A stretch of DNA of 64,000 nucleotides, from contig JAPPGV010000128.1 of NCBI GenBank assembly GCA_028821235.1, positions 53,401 through 117,400 of the forward strand, read 5' to 3'. The stretch's first letter is position 1. Each line of letters begins with the position of its first letter. Positions 56,089 through 64,000 of the stretch are shown here, one piece after another. The position numbers and the translations under genes were made by a program. The notes beneath the pieces were generated by a model. The model was not told the DNA's origin. It did no database searches and saw only the letters and a program-made list of their open reading frames with translations. The DNA is from a bacterium. Lineage in GTDB: Bacteria; Actinomycetota; Acidimicrobiia; Spongiisociales; Spongiisociaceae.

Positions 56089-57723
56089 CTACGGGTCCAC
56101 CGCCGGCTCGATGCGGGCGGAAGGGCGGACCTTCTTGCCGTTCAACATCGTTCCGATCGGGGTGTATCTGACCAGGAACTGATAGCTCAACAGAAGGACC
56201 GCTGTAACCAGCGCCGAGATCATCAGGAACTTGACCTCTGCCGGAAGGTCCCAGTCGCGTACGACCGCTTGGGCGACCACCACCACCGGAAGGTGGGCGA
56301 GGTACAGCCAGTACGAGGAGTCGGAGAGGTAACGGACTCCCCGGCGTTCCCTTGGCAGCAACGCTCGAAATAGCCCGATCAGGCCGAAGCACACCCCCCA
56401 CGCGTAGGCAACCTGCAGCACCGACGCCACCAGCCAGGAGAACGCCACCTCGCCGAAGGTGACAAACAGTCCGGCGTTCACGCCCGCTGCCTGGCCTTCC
56501 CACGCGAAGTGGAGTGCCACCTCGCCGAAGGTGAAAACCAGTCCGGCAGGGAACGCGACCAGGAACGAGATCGGCAGATAAAGCCACCATCGTCCCCCGA
56601 TCGTGTCGACCAGCAACCTGCCCCTACGTCCCCGGCGCCGGTACATCAGCGCCCCGAAGGTGAAGAAGGTGGCGTAGTAGGCCAGGACGTGGGGAAGCGG
56701 AACGAAGCCGTCCGAGGTGTCGGGCCCGAAGACGGGATAGGCGCCACCCCCGCCCATGGACAGCTGCGGCACAATAGTGAGGGGGATCATCGACCACATG
56801 ACCCACCGGGGCCAGTTTTCTTGCCGAGCGCTTTGGCGGTCCCGGCGGTCCAGCGCCCAGGCGATGATCGCAAACCCTGCCACCAGCCAGAGGAGGAACC
56901 AGAGGAACCACAGGTGATAGAAACGTTGGATGGAGGATAGGTCCAGCCCGTCGGCCGAGCCGTTGCCGTCGTCCTGCTCGGCAGCGCCTGCTTCCCAACC
57001 CGGGATCTCCGACCACTCCATCCCATCGGGCAGCGGATCCCCGCCTCCGTAGGAAACCAGCAGGTCGGCCGCCTCCGCGTGGCCGAAGTGGAAGGCAACC
57101 CCGAGGGGTGTCTCCCCCTCCGAGGCGGTGGCGACGGGCGCTGGCTCCGCTCCGCGAGACAGGAGCAGGTCCAGCATCTCGGTATCGCCACCGAAGGCAG
57201 CGGCGTGGAGAAGTGTCCACCCACCCGGCTCCCCCCGGAGGTCGACATCGAAGCCTCTGTCCAGCAGTTGCTCCACCCCGGAAACATCACCGGCGAAGAC
57301 CTTGCCCCAGATGTCATCGTCCTCCACCAGCGCCGCGGGTGCGGACCCGGCCGCCCAGTCACCGACGAACGTGGTCAGCGGGACGATCGTCAACAGGCCG
57401 AGCAAGAGCGGGAGCGCCACCCGACGAAGCCGGTGGTTCAGGAGGGCGCCGAGCCCCCGGCGCTGCCACAGCAGGGCGGTGAAGAACCCGCTCATCAGGA
57501 AGAACACGGGCATCCGGAACCCATGGACGGCCCACAGGAACTCGTCGAACAGCCCGTCGAACGCCGACCTGCGGTCCTGGACCCACCACGGCGCGGGGAA
57601 GAAGGCCAGCGAAGCGTGGAGGCAGATGCCCAGCAGCATGGCGAAACCCCGCAGCGCGTCGAGGTCGTACCGGCGACGCTCCCCGGAAGGCAATGGCGAC
57701 GAAGGACGTTCCACTGGGGTCAA
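56089..57723 (-). CDS. Acyltransferase family 3 (OpgC/MdoC-like) membrane protein with inserted ankyrin repeats
   Basis: RYDLDALR, FRMPVFFLMSG, YHLWFL, SYWLYLAH; internal WTLLHAAAFGG and ETPLGVAFHFGH ankyrin-type motifs. Confidence 0.82.
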   Translation of the reverse strand: MTPVERPSSPLPSGERRRYDLDALRGFAMLLGICLHASLAFFPAPWWVQDRRSAFDGLFDEFLWAVHGFRMPVFFLMSGFFTALLWQRRGLGALLNHRLRRVALPLLLGLLTIVPLTTFVGDWAAGSAPAALVEDDDIWGKVFAGDVSGVEQLLDRGFDVDLRGEPGGWTLLHAAAFGGDTEMLDLLLSRGAEPAPVATASEGETPLGVAFHFGHAEAADLLVSYGGGDPLPDGMEWSEIPGWEAGAAEQDDGNGSADGLDLSSIQRFYHLWFLWFLLWLVAGFAIIAWALDRRDRQSARQENWPRWVMWSMIPLTIVPQLSMGGGGAYPVFGPDTSDGFVPLPHVLAYYATFFTFGALMYRRRGRRGRLLVDTIGGRWWLYLPISFLVAFPAGLVFTFGEVALHFAWEGQAAGVNAGLFVTFGEVAFSWLVASVLQVAYAWGVCFGLIGLFRALLPRERRGVRYLSDSSYWLYLAHLPVVVVAQAVVRDWDLPAEVKFLMISALVTAVLLLSYQFLVRYTPIGTMLNGKKVRPSARIEPAVDP

Positions 57724-57996
57724 AGAGTCAACCCGAAGGGTCGGGGCGCCCGAGGATAGGCGGTAGTGGAACTCCCCGTGAGTTCCTCCCCCGGATCATG
57801 GTAAACGCCGCTACCAATCGCCCCATCGGGTCCCGATGGTTCTCGTCGGTGGATCCTGCTCGTCGGCACTGGGGAACGGAACGTAATCGGTCTGTCCGGC
57901 CGACGCCCTGTGTGTCTGGACAAAAGGCATGTAACGGCTGCAGCATCCGAGAGCCACGATCACCGGAAGAGTCGAAGAGTCGCGCGAACCTCTTCC

Positions 57997-58800
57997 TCAG
58001 ACGATCCCCTCATCGCCCGCCAGGCGCTCGACAACGGCTCGCTGGTCGCCATCCAGGTACGGAGGGCTCCCCGCAATTGTGTTGAGGCGGGCGTGGTCTC
58101 GCTTGGTTGTGGCGGGTATGACTACATGGACGCGGCTGTCGGACAGCACCCATTTGAGTAGCGCCTCCGACCAGGAACGGACTCCCAGCCGTTCGATCTC
58201 GGATGGATCGGGTGGGTGGAGAAGCGCCCCTTCCGCGAAGGGCCGCATGACGATGACGCCGAGGCCGAGTTCTTCTGCGAGCGGGAGGACTCTCTGTTCA
58301 ACAACCCGCTCCCATGGATTGTATGGGATCTGGATAGCGTCGATGCGGCCGGTATTCATGACCACCTCGAGTTCATCGAATGCTCCCTGATCCAGATGGG
58401 TCGCTCCTATCAGCCCGATCCGACCCCGGTCTCGTTCCTCCTCGAGAAACGAGAGGTGGGCTCTCCACGCGACGAGGTTGTGCACCTGCTCCAAGTCGAT
58501 CCGCCCGAACAGTTCGACCTGGCGAGCGAACTGCCGGCGTCCCTCGGTCTGGGATGGTGTCCATATCTTGGTGGCGACGATGCTCTCGCTCCGGTAGTCG
58601 GCCAGCGCTCTCGACAGGACCGCTTCCGAGCGCCCGTACATCGGAGAGGTGTCGAAGAGGCGGGTTCCTCCGCCGAAGGTCTCCGCCACGACGTCGGAGG
58701 CAGTGGCCTGGCGAGAGGCCGGAAGATCGAAGGTTGACCATGTACCCAGACCTACGACGGGGACCTCCAGGCCGGTGGAACCGAAGGCTCGTATCTCCAT
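57997..58800 (-). CDS. Aldo/keto reductase
   Basis: GLGTW, FDTSPMYG, ATK, QVHN, VIPATT. Confidence 0.88.
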   Translation of the reverse strand: MEIRAFGSTGLEVPVVGLGTWSTFDLPASRQATASDVVAETFGGGTRLFDTSPMYGRSEAVLSRALADYRSESIVATKIWTPSQTEGRRQFARQVELFGRIDLEQVHNLVAWRAHLSFLEEERDRGRIGLIGATHLDQGAFDELEVVMNTGRIDAIQIPYNPWERVVEQRVLPLAEELGLGVIVMRPFAEGALLHPPDPSEIERLGVRSWSEALLKWVLSDSRVHVVIPATTKRDHARLNTIAGSPPYLDGDQRAVVERLAGDEGIV

Positions 58801-58802
58801 GG

Positions 58803-59855
58803 CTAGCAACCGGGGAAGGCCACGTTGAACTCACGCCCGAGGGCCTCGAGCAGGGCGAGGTCGCCAGATGCGATCGGGATTTCCATGCGACGCCGGGAGG
58901 CCACCCGTGCCTCACGTTCTCCGGGGACCAGAAACGGCGACACGTTCTCCGCTCTCGCCGCTGTATGCACCGTATCCGTCAGTTCCTCGACACGAGAAAC
59001 GAAACCCGCCGTGCTTGCCACTGCCCCGACGCTGATCGCCAGGATGAACTGACCAAGATGCTGGGGCTCCCGGCCGGATGGATCGGCACTTATCGATGGG
59101 CTTGTTCGTGCCCCTGCTAAACATCCGGCCAACGTGTCGATCATGAAGGCAAGCCCGAATCCCTTGTGTTCTGCGAAGGGCAGCAGACTGCCGGCAAGAG
59201 CGCGTTCGGGATCATCGGTCGGCTCTCCATCGGGTCCTATCGCCCATCCCAGCGGGAGGCGGTTTCCTGCTCTGCCAGCGGCTCGAACCCGACCGAGCGC
59301 GACCACACTCGTGGCGATATCGAGTGAGGGGGCGACATCTTCAGGGCCCGCCGGGACGGCGATCGCCAATGGATTGGTACCGAGAATCGGGCCTAGAGCT
59401 CCCCGTGGCGCCAGACCGGGGTCGCTGTTCGAGAACACGATGGCCGCGCAGCCTCGACGAACGGCCTGCTCCGAATACACGGACGCGGCGCCGAAGTGGT
59501 TCGATCGTCGAACCAGGACGACGGCGGCACCGCTGCTCTCTGCCTTCTCACAGCAAAGGTCGGTTGCGATCGTGGCCGCGTATGGTCCGAGTGCGTTTCG
59601 AGCGTTGACTACCAACGCACCCGGAAGGTTCTCGATGATCTCGGGTTTCGCCTGCCCATCGATTGCCCCGCTTCTCAGCCGGGGCAGATACAACCTGAGC
59701 AGGACTAGACCGTGCGTATCCAGGCCGCGTAGGTTGGCGTCAACCAGCGCGGTTGCCGTTGCCTCTGCTGCCGGAAGGGAGGCTCCCGCAGAGCGTAAGA
59801 CCTCATTCGCCCATCTGTGCAACACCGACGGTGGAAGCCGTCGAACCTCAGTCAT
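58803..59855 (-). CDS. Ldh_2 family oxidoreductase (malate/L-lactate/ureidoglycolate dehydrogenase-like)
   Basis: RGLDTHG, SNHFGAA, GTNPLA, DIATS, HKGFGL, VPGERE. Confidence 0.88.
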   Translation of the reverse strand: MTEVRRLPPSVLHRWANEVLRSAGASLPAAEATATALVDANLRGLDTHGLVLLRLYLPRLRSGAIDGQAKPEIIENLPGALVVNARNALGPYAATIATDLCCEKAESSGAAVVLVRRSNHFGAASVYSEQAVRRGCAAIVFSNSDPGLAPRGALGPILGTNPLAIAVPAGPEDVAPSLDIATSVVALGRVRAAGRAGNRLPLGWAIGPDGEPTDDPERALAGSLLPFAEHKGFGLAFMIDTLAGCLAGARTSPSISADPSGREPQHLGQFILAISVGAVASTAGFVSRVEELTDTVHTAARAENVSPFLVPGEREARVASRRRMEIPIASGDLALLEALGREFNVAFPGC

Positions 59856-60194
59856 CGAGAACAGCTTCTGTCGCCTCTGAATTGTTCCGCCGACGGCCAC
59901 AGGCAGTCCGCGGAACGAACTCCGGGGATACCCACCTTCTCGTAGGATTCCCGCCGAGCCCCTGTCTGTGACTCACGCGATGACGTGACGGGATACACAG
60001 CTTCAGGCAGGGGATTCCAACTGCGTTGATCGAAATCTGTATCCGAGCGATTGAAGAACGTTTATCGCCCCTGCCGGATGGCCTATACTTGACACTATCC
60101 TCATCTGTGGTGGTTGGAGCTAGGAGACGTTCACCCGGGCCGCGCCGAGGGACATGGTCAGCTAGTATGTCAAGATAACCAACTCTTGTCGGGC

Positions 60195-61043
60195 TCATCC
60201 TCCGTACTCATTCACGTACAATCCTGCTCTCAAGAGAGCTTCACATACCAACGCTGCACGCCGGACTTTCTCGCGGGTTACCCTCCGGGCGATAGGCTCG
60301 AGATGGGCTCCGTATGGATACAAGTTCGGAGCGTTTAGTAGTCCGAACTTGAGATGCACAGGAGCAGCCGCCTCCACGAGAGCAGCAGCATCTCGATAGC
60401 GGAGTCCTCCCGATAAGTCAGAAGAGATCTCCATGTAAATGTCGAGAGTAGTTGAGCTTGAGAGCAGGGAGCGCATCGCCGCCAGATCATCGATGGTCGA
60501 CGAACCGGACACATTGATACTTGTAGCCCCAAGTCTCTCATATAGCGCGGCCGCGGCAGCATTCATTGGAGCTATGGCTACGGATGTCTTGAAGGCGAGT
60601 CCGCACAGATCGCCGCTCGTACGCAATGTGTTCGCAGCATCGAGAAGACCTAGATCAGCTAGGAGAACTCCATCAACTCCCCATTCAGAGCATCGATGGA
60701 GTTCTTCTATAGCATCGTGGAACGCTACTTCACCTCGCAACTGCTCACCGGCACCCTGGTCAACAAGAGTCTCGAACGAATTGCGCGACGATATGAACGA
60801 GTAGACGTCAATGCCGTGCCCATGCGCTTGGCCTAGCATCTCATTGCGTTCACTATCCGTCAGCATACGGGTTCCACCACCCATCGATACGCGGTGGATA
60901 GGAACAGTCCGTCGTTTCGCCTCTTCGAGAAGTTCTTGAAGCAACGCGGGATGTTCAATCGACGGGAACTCGAATGAAACTTCGCGTAAATCCCTCATGT
61001 CATCAATCTGTGCGGGGATAGGGGCCGTTCGTGGACCGACCAT
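60195..61043 (-). CDS. U32-peptidase-like TIM-barrel protein of unknown function
   Basis: FEFPSIE...VPIHRVSMGGG...LLADLGLL...LDIYME resembles proteins annotated as U32-family; recognition from memory only. Confidence 0.55.
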   Translation of the reverse strand: MVGPRTAPIPAQIDDMRDLREVSFEFPSIEHPALLQELLEEAKRRTVPIHRVSMGGGTRMLTDSERNEMLGQAHGHGIDVYSFISSRNSFETLVDQGAGEQLRGEVAFHDAIEELHRCSEWGVDGVLLADLGLLDAANTLRTSGDLCGLAFKTSVAIAPMNAAAAALYERLGATSINVSGSSTIDDLAAMRSLLSSSTTLDIYMEISSDLSGGLRYRDAAALVEAAAPVHLKFGLLNAPNLYPYGAHLEPIARRVTREKVRRAALVCEALLRAGLYVNEYGG

Positions 61044-61082
61044 CCAGGGCGGGCGTTGTCGACATGCTACTCCTCATAGGAC

Positions 61083-61138
61083 TCGTTGACCGTTGACGGA
61101 TACAAGCCACCAGCCACCAGCCACAAGCCACTAGCTAG
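61083..61138. repeat. Degenerate 7-bp tandem repeat array (8 units)
   Basis: tcgttga-ccgttga-cggatac-aagccac-cagccac-cagccac-aagccac-tagctag. Confidence 0.65.
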
Positions 61139-62028
61139 GTTCCTTGAACAAACGACTTGGAAACCTTCGCGGCGACACCTCCTCCCCAGTAGTAGCCGAC
61201 GCTGACCTCGCCCACCTGGGAGAGCAGGCTCAATGCCTCCCAGCTCACCCAGCCGTAGCTTTTCTCCAGCCACACGGCGAGCCGGCTGAACGCTAGGCCC
61301 ACCGCTTCATCGAGCGGTCTCCCACATGCTATAGCCATCAACTCGCGATCCGTCTCGATCCGCGGCCACCGCAGTTCGATGGCCTTCTCCAGATCGATGA
61401 CGATCCGGCTTCGTGCGGGCATCTCCAGTGCGATACCGCTCACCTCGCCGGCACCCTGTGCGGCGTGACAATCCCCCAGGTATAGGAATCCACCGGGAAC
61501 GAACACAGGCAGCATGACGGTCGCCCCCGGTGCTACCTCGCGGATGTCCATGTTGCCCCCGTAGTCGCCTGCTTGAACTGTCGTCGGGGCCCCCATCGCC
61601 GGAGCACAGGCGATCAGTCCGATCATCGGGCGGTACGGGATGGTCAAGTCCTTGCTCCAGCGGATCACGCCATCCACGATCTGGCAGATTCGCGTCATAT
61701 CCGGGATTGGCGACGGGAGTGAGGTCACAACAGGCGGAGCGGGAAGTACATAAGTAGCGCACTGGCCGATAAGCGGCTCGATATCGACGATCCGCACGCG
61801 TAGCGAGTCCCCCGGTTCAGCCCCGTTCACAGCGATCGGCCCGGCCACGGGATCACTGAGCGGCAACGCCACACGGTCCCGGACGTCGCCGGGTACCCGA
61901 ACCTGCCCGGAGAACGCGTCTTCGGTCTCCACCACCACGCTGTCCCCCGGATCGATAGTCACGACAGGCTCCCGGAGTCGGCTTATCTCATAGATCAGCG
62001 GGCCCAGGCGTATGACGTGCTCGGCCAC
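61135..62028 (-). CDS. Acetamidase/formamidase family protein
   Basis: VETEDAF, DPVAGPI, GGNMD, GDCHAAQGAGEV. Confidence 0.88.
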   Translation of the reverse strand: MAEHVIRLGPLIYEISRLREPVVTIDPGDSVVVETEDAFSGQVRVPGDVRDRVALPLSDPVAGPIAVNGAEPGDSLRVRIVDIEPLIGQCATYVLPAPPVVTSLPSPIPDMTRICQIVDGVIRWSKDLTIPYRPMIGLIACAPAMGAPTTVQAGDYGGNMDIREVAPGATVMLPVFVPGGFLYLGDCHAAQGAGEVSGIALEMPARSRIVIDLEKAIELRWPRIETDRELMAIACGRPLDEAVGLAFSRLAVWLEKSYGWVSWEALSLLSQVGEVSVGYYWGGGVAAKVSKSFVQGT

Positions 62029-62030
62029 GC

Positions 62031-62258
62031 TCAGGGCTCCGGACTCAGGGAGGCAAACTGCCTTTCGTCACTTCGATAGCTATCCCGTAACTCAGCCACA
62101 CGAGCCTCGAGTTGCTCGCACTCCGGTCCGCACAAGAGGCGCTCCTCCGGTGCGCCAGTCCTCCAACCGCGCCCGGCCACCATCGCACCGCACGCCGAGC
62201 AAGCCAGTATCTCTGTCTCGTAAAGAGGCCGACCGAGGGTGACCCAGTTTCCACTCAC
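62031..62258 (-). CDS. Small putative Zn-binding protein (CxxC...CxxxC)
   Basis: ACSACG...LCGPEC; GTG overlaps the hydantoinase B stop and its own stop is 2 nt before the next start. Confidence 0.65.
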   Translation of the reverse strand: MSGNWVTLGRPLYETEILACSACGAMVAGRGWRTGAPEERLLCGPECEQLEARVAELRDSYRSDERQFASLSPEP

Positions 62259-63991
62259 GGTGCTGGTACCGACTGGTGATCGGGGGCAATCCGGACGCCG
62301 TAGTAACGGAGGGCCGCCTCAGGAGTTACGAATCCGTCGGCAACGTCCGCTTCGACAAGCGCGGGACTTCGACTCATCGGCGGACCGTATCCTCCCCCAC
62401 CCGCAGTCCGCAGCAAGACGCAATCACCTTCCTTGAGCTTGATTCCGGAGTACTTGCTGTTCGAGACCGTACCGAACAGGTCTTGCACCGTTGCCCACTC
62501 ATCAGTTCCGCGCAGTCGCATGAAGGTGGCGGTGCTCGAGCCGGGTGATCCTCCAAAGAGACCCCATGCCTGCGTCGTCATCCGATCGGTGAATTCGGCT
62601 ACGGTCAGTTCGGGGGATAGAACCTCGAACATGCGCTCACACGCGAGGCCGCCCCGCGTCTGGCCGGCGCCTCCGGAGTCAGGGATGAGCCGGAGCCATC
62701 CAATTCGAATTGGAAACCGTGTCTCGAAGATCTCGATCGGTGTGTTGCGGCAATTGCCGTTGATCACGTTCTGCGAGTTGTTGCCGTTTCCCACTGCGGT
62801 CCCACCCCAGCCGATCCCTTCGATGTGGTAGTTGGTGAAGTACTCGCCCGTCTTGGGATGCCAGCCGCCGAAGAGGAAGCTACAGCTGTTGCCGCCGGAA
62901 CTCGCCGCCACGCGGTCAGGTATAGCGGGCGCCAGAGCCGCGAGGATCAGATCGACCACGCGGGGATGTATCTCGGAGTTGCCACCGACCGACGGCCCCG
63001 GAGGCTGGACGTTGACGATGCTGCCGGGACGGGTGAGGACGTGGATCGGCCGGTAGCAGCCGGCGTTCTTGGGAATCGTGGGATCGGTCACTTGGAGCAT
63101 CGCGTTGTAGGCTGCTGACATCGTGGAACCGAAGGTCATGTTGCACGGTCCCTGAGCCTGATCGTCGCTCTCTCGAAAGTCGAAGATGATGTCGCTTCCG
63201 TCGACGAAGGCCCTGACACGGATCCAATAGGGCTTGTCCGGCACCACGCCGTCGTCCTCAACCACGTCTTCCCACAGATACTCGCCGTCGGGAATCGCCC
63301 CGATCTCCTCTCGCATCCGCCTTTCCGAATAATCGAACAGAGCATCATTGATCGAGGCGATACGCTCGGTTCCGTAGCGCTCGAATAGGGACTGGAGTCG
63401 TTGCTCACCGACATTCAGAGCACCGACCATCGCATGCAGATCGCCCCACGTGCTCCGCGGCGTCCGGTGGTTCATGAGGATCAGCTTCCACACGTCCTCA
63501 TTCCGCTCGCCGCGCTCCATCAACTTGACGGGCGGCAGCCGTAGGCCTTCCTGGTACACGTCCATTGCATCGGCTGCGAACCCTCCAGGTGCTTTCCCGC
63601 CGACTTCGGCCATGTGCGCGATGGTCGCTGCAAATGCGACGAGTTCGCCTTTGAAGAAGACAGGCTTCATCACCATGTGCTCAGGTATGTGGCAGCCCCC
63701 ACGATAGGGATCGTTGTGGATCACCACGTCTCCCTCGCTGAAGGCCACGATGCCCAATTCTTCGATGCAACTGGACACGACGAAGTTGATGGCGCCGATC
63801 TGTGCCGGGCAGAACTCCCCGGTTCCTATTGCTCGCCCCTCGGCATCGAAGACGACGCAGGAAAAGTCGAGTCCTTCATTGAAGATCGTGGAGAAAGAGG
63901 TTCTCATCATGGCTACGCCCATCTCTTGACAGACGTTGCGGAGATAGTTGCTCACGACCGTCATGGTCACCGTGTCCACTCGTTCGGTCAT
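62255..63991 (-). CDS. Hydantoinase B/oxoprolinase family protein (ATP-dependent cyclic amide hydrolase subunit)
   Basis: EGLDFSC, HNDPYRGGCHIPE, HMAEVGG, QEGLRLPP, TPIEIFE, GGAGQTRGG, TAGGGGYG. Confidence 0.92.
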   Translation of the reverse strand: MTERVDTVTMTVVSNYLRNVCQEMGVAMMRTSFSTIFNEGLDFSCVVFDAEGRAIGTGEFCPAQIGAINFVVSSCIEELGIVAFSEGDVVIHNDPYRGGCHIPEHMVMKPVFFKGELVAFAATIAHMAEVGGKAPGGFAADAMDVYQEGLRLPPVKLMERGERNEDVWKLILMNHRTPRSTWGDLHAMVGALNVGEQRLQSLFERYGTERIASINDALFDYSERRMREEIGAIPDGEYLWEDVVEDDGVVPDKPYWIRVRAFVDGSDIIFDFRESDDQAQGPCNMTFGSTMSAAYNAMLQVTDPTIPKNAGCYRPIHVLTRPGSIVNVQPPGPSVGGNSEIHPRVVDLILAALAPAIPDRVAASSGGNSCSFLFGGWHPKTGEYFTNYHIEGIGWGGTAVGNGNNSQNVINGNCRNTPIEIFETRFPIRIGWLRLIPDSGGAGQTRGGLACERMFEVLSPELTVAEFTDRMTTQAWGLFGGSPGSSTATFMRLRGTDEWATVQDLFGTVSNSKYSGIKLKEGDCVLLRTAGGGGYGPPMSRSPALVEADVADGFVTPEAALRYYGVRIAPDHQSVPAP

Positions 63992-64000
63992 GGTTACCCC

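Noticed and set aside
1-64000. CRISPR arrays, tRNA or rRNA genes
   Set aside because: No regularly spaced 25-45 bp repeats, cloverleaf signatures or rRNA motifs seen.

Overview
A GC-rich bacterial window, probably actinobacterial. The lipoprotein protease with PPC domains, the AAA/DUF4143 genes, PaREP1 and an ankyrin-containing membrane protein resemble host-associated Acidimicrobiia, but this is an inference. The window is dominated by catabolic genes. (i) About 4.9-37.5 kb is a large cluster that probably degrades N-heterocycles or amides: two ThDP enzymes, three phosphotriesterase-like hydrolases, a class III aminotransferase, an SDR, a CMD-family protein, a bicupin, a nitrilase, a cyclase, a molybdenum hydroxylase with three different large subunits, two amidohydrolases, a SsuABC/NMT1-type ABC transporter and a Zn-ADH. 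It is interrupted by a decayed group II intron, a small IS5-like MITE and a frameshifted AAA-DUF4143 gene. (ii) 37.5-44.2 kb holds a divergent AhcY-like enzyme and a small defence patch (McrBC, AAA-DUF4143, PaREP1) plus RidA. (iii) 44.2-56 kb is a histidine-utilisation locus (hutH, IclR regulator, hutU, hutF, hutI) with no hutG. Instead it carries, translationally coupled in the operon, a non-pyrrolysine MttB methyltransferase, an unknown protein, a peptide-deformylase-fold protein with an atypical S1' pocket, and a sarcosine-oxidase-like flavoprotein. This is the best candidate for an undescribed system: demethylative catabolism of N-methylated histidines (for example hercynine), with a PDF-fold enzyme replacing HutG. 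(iv) 56-64 kb has an ankyrin-containing acyltransferase and the end of a hydantoinase B / Zn-protein / acetamidase / U32-like / Ldh_2 / AKR cluster. No rRNA, tRNA or CRISPR array was seen.
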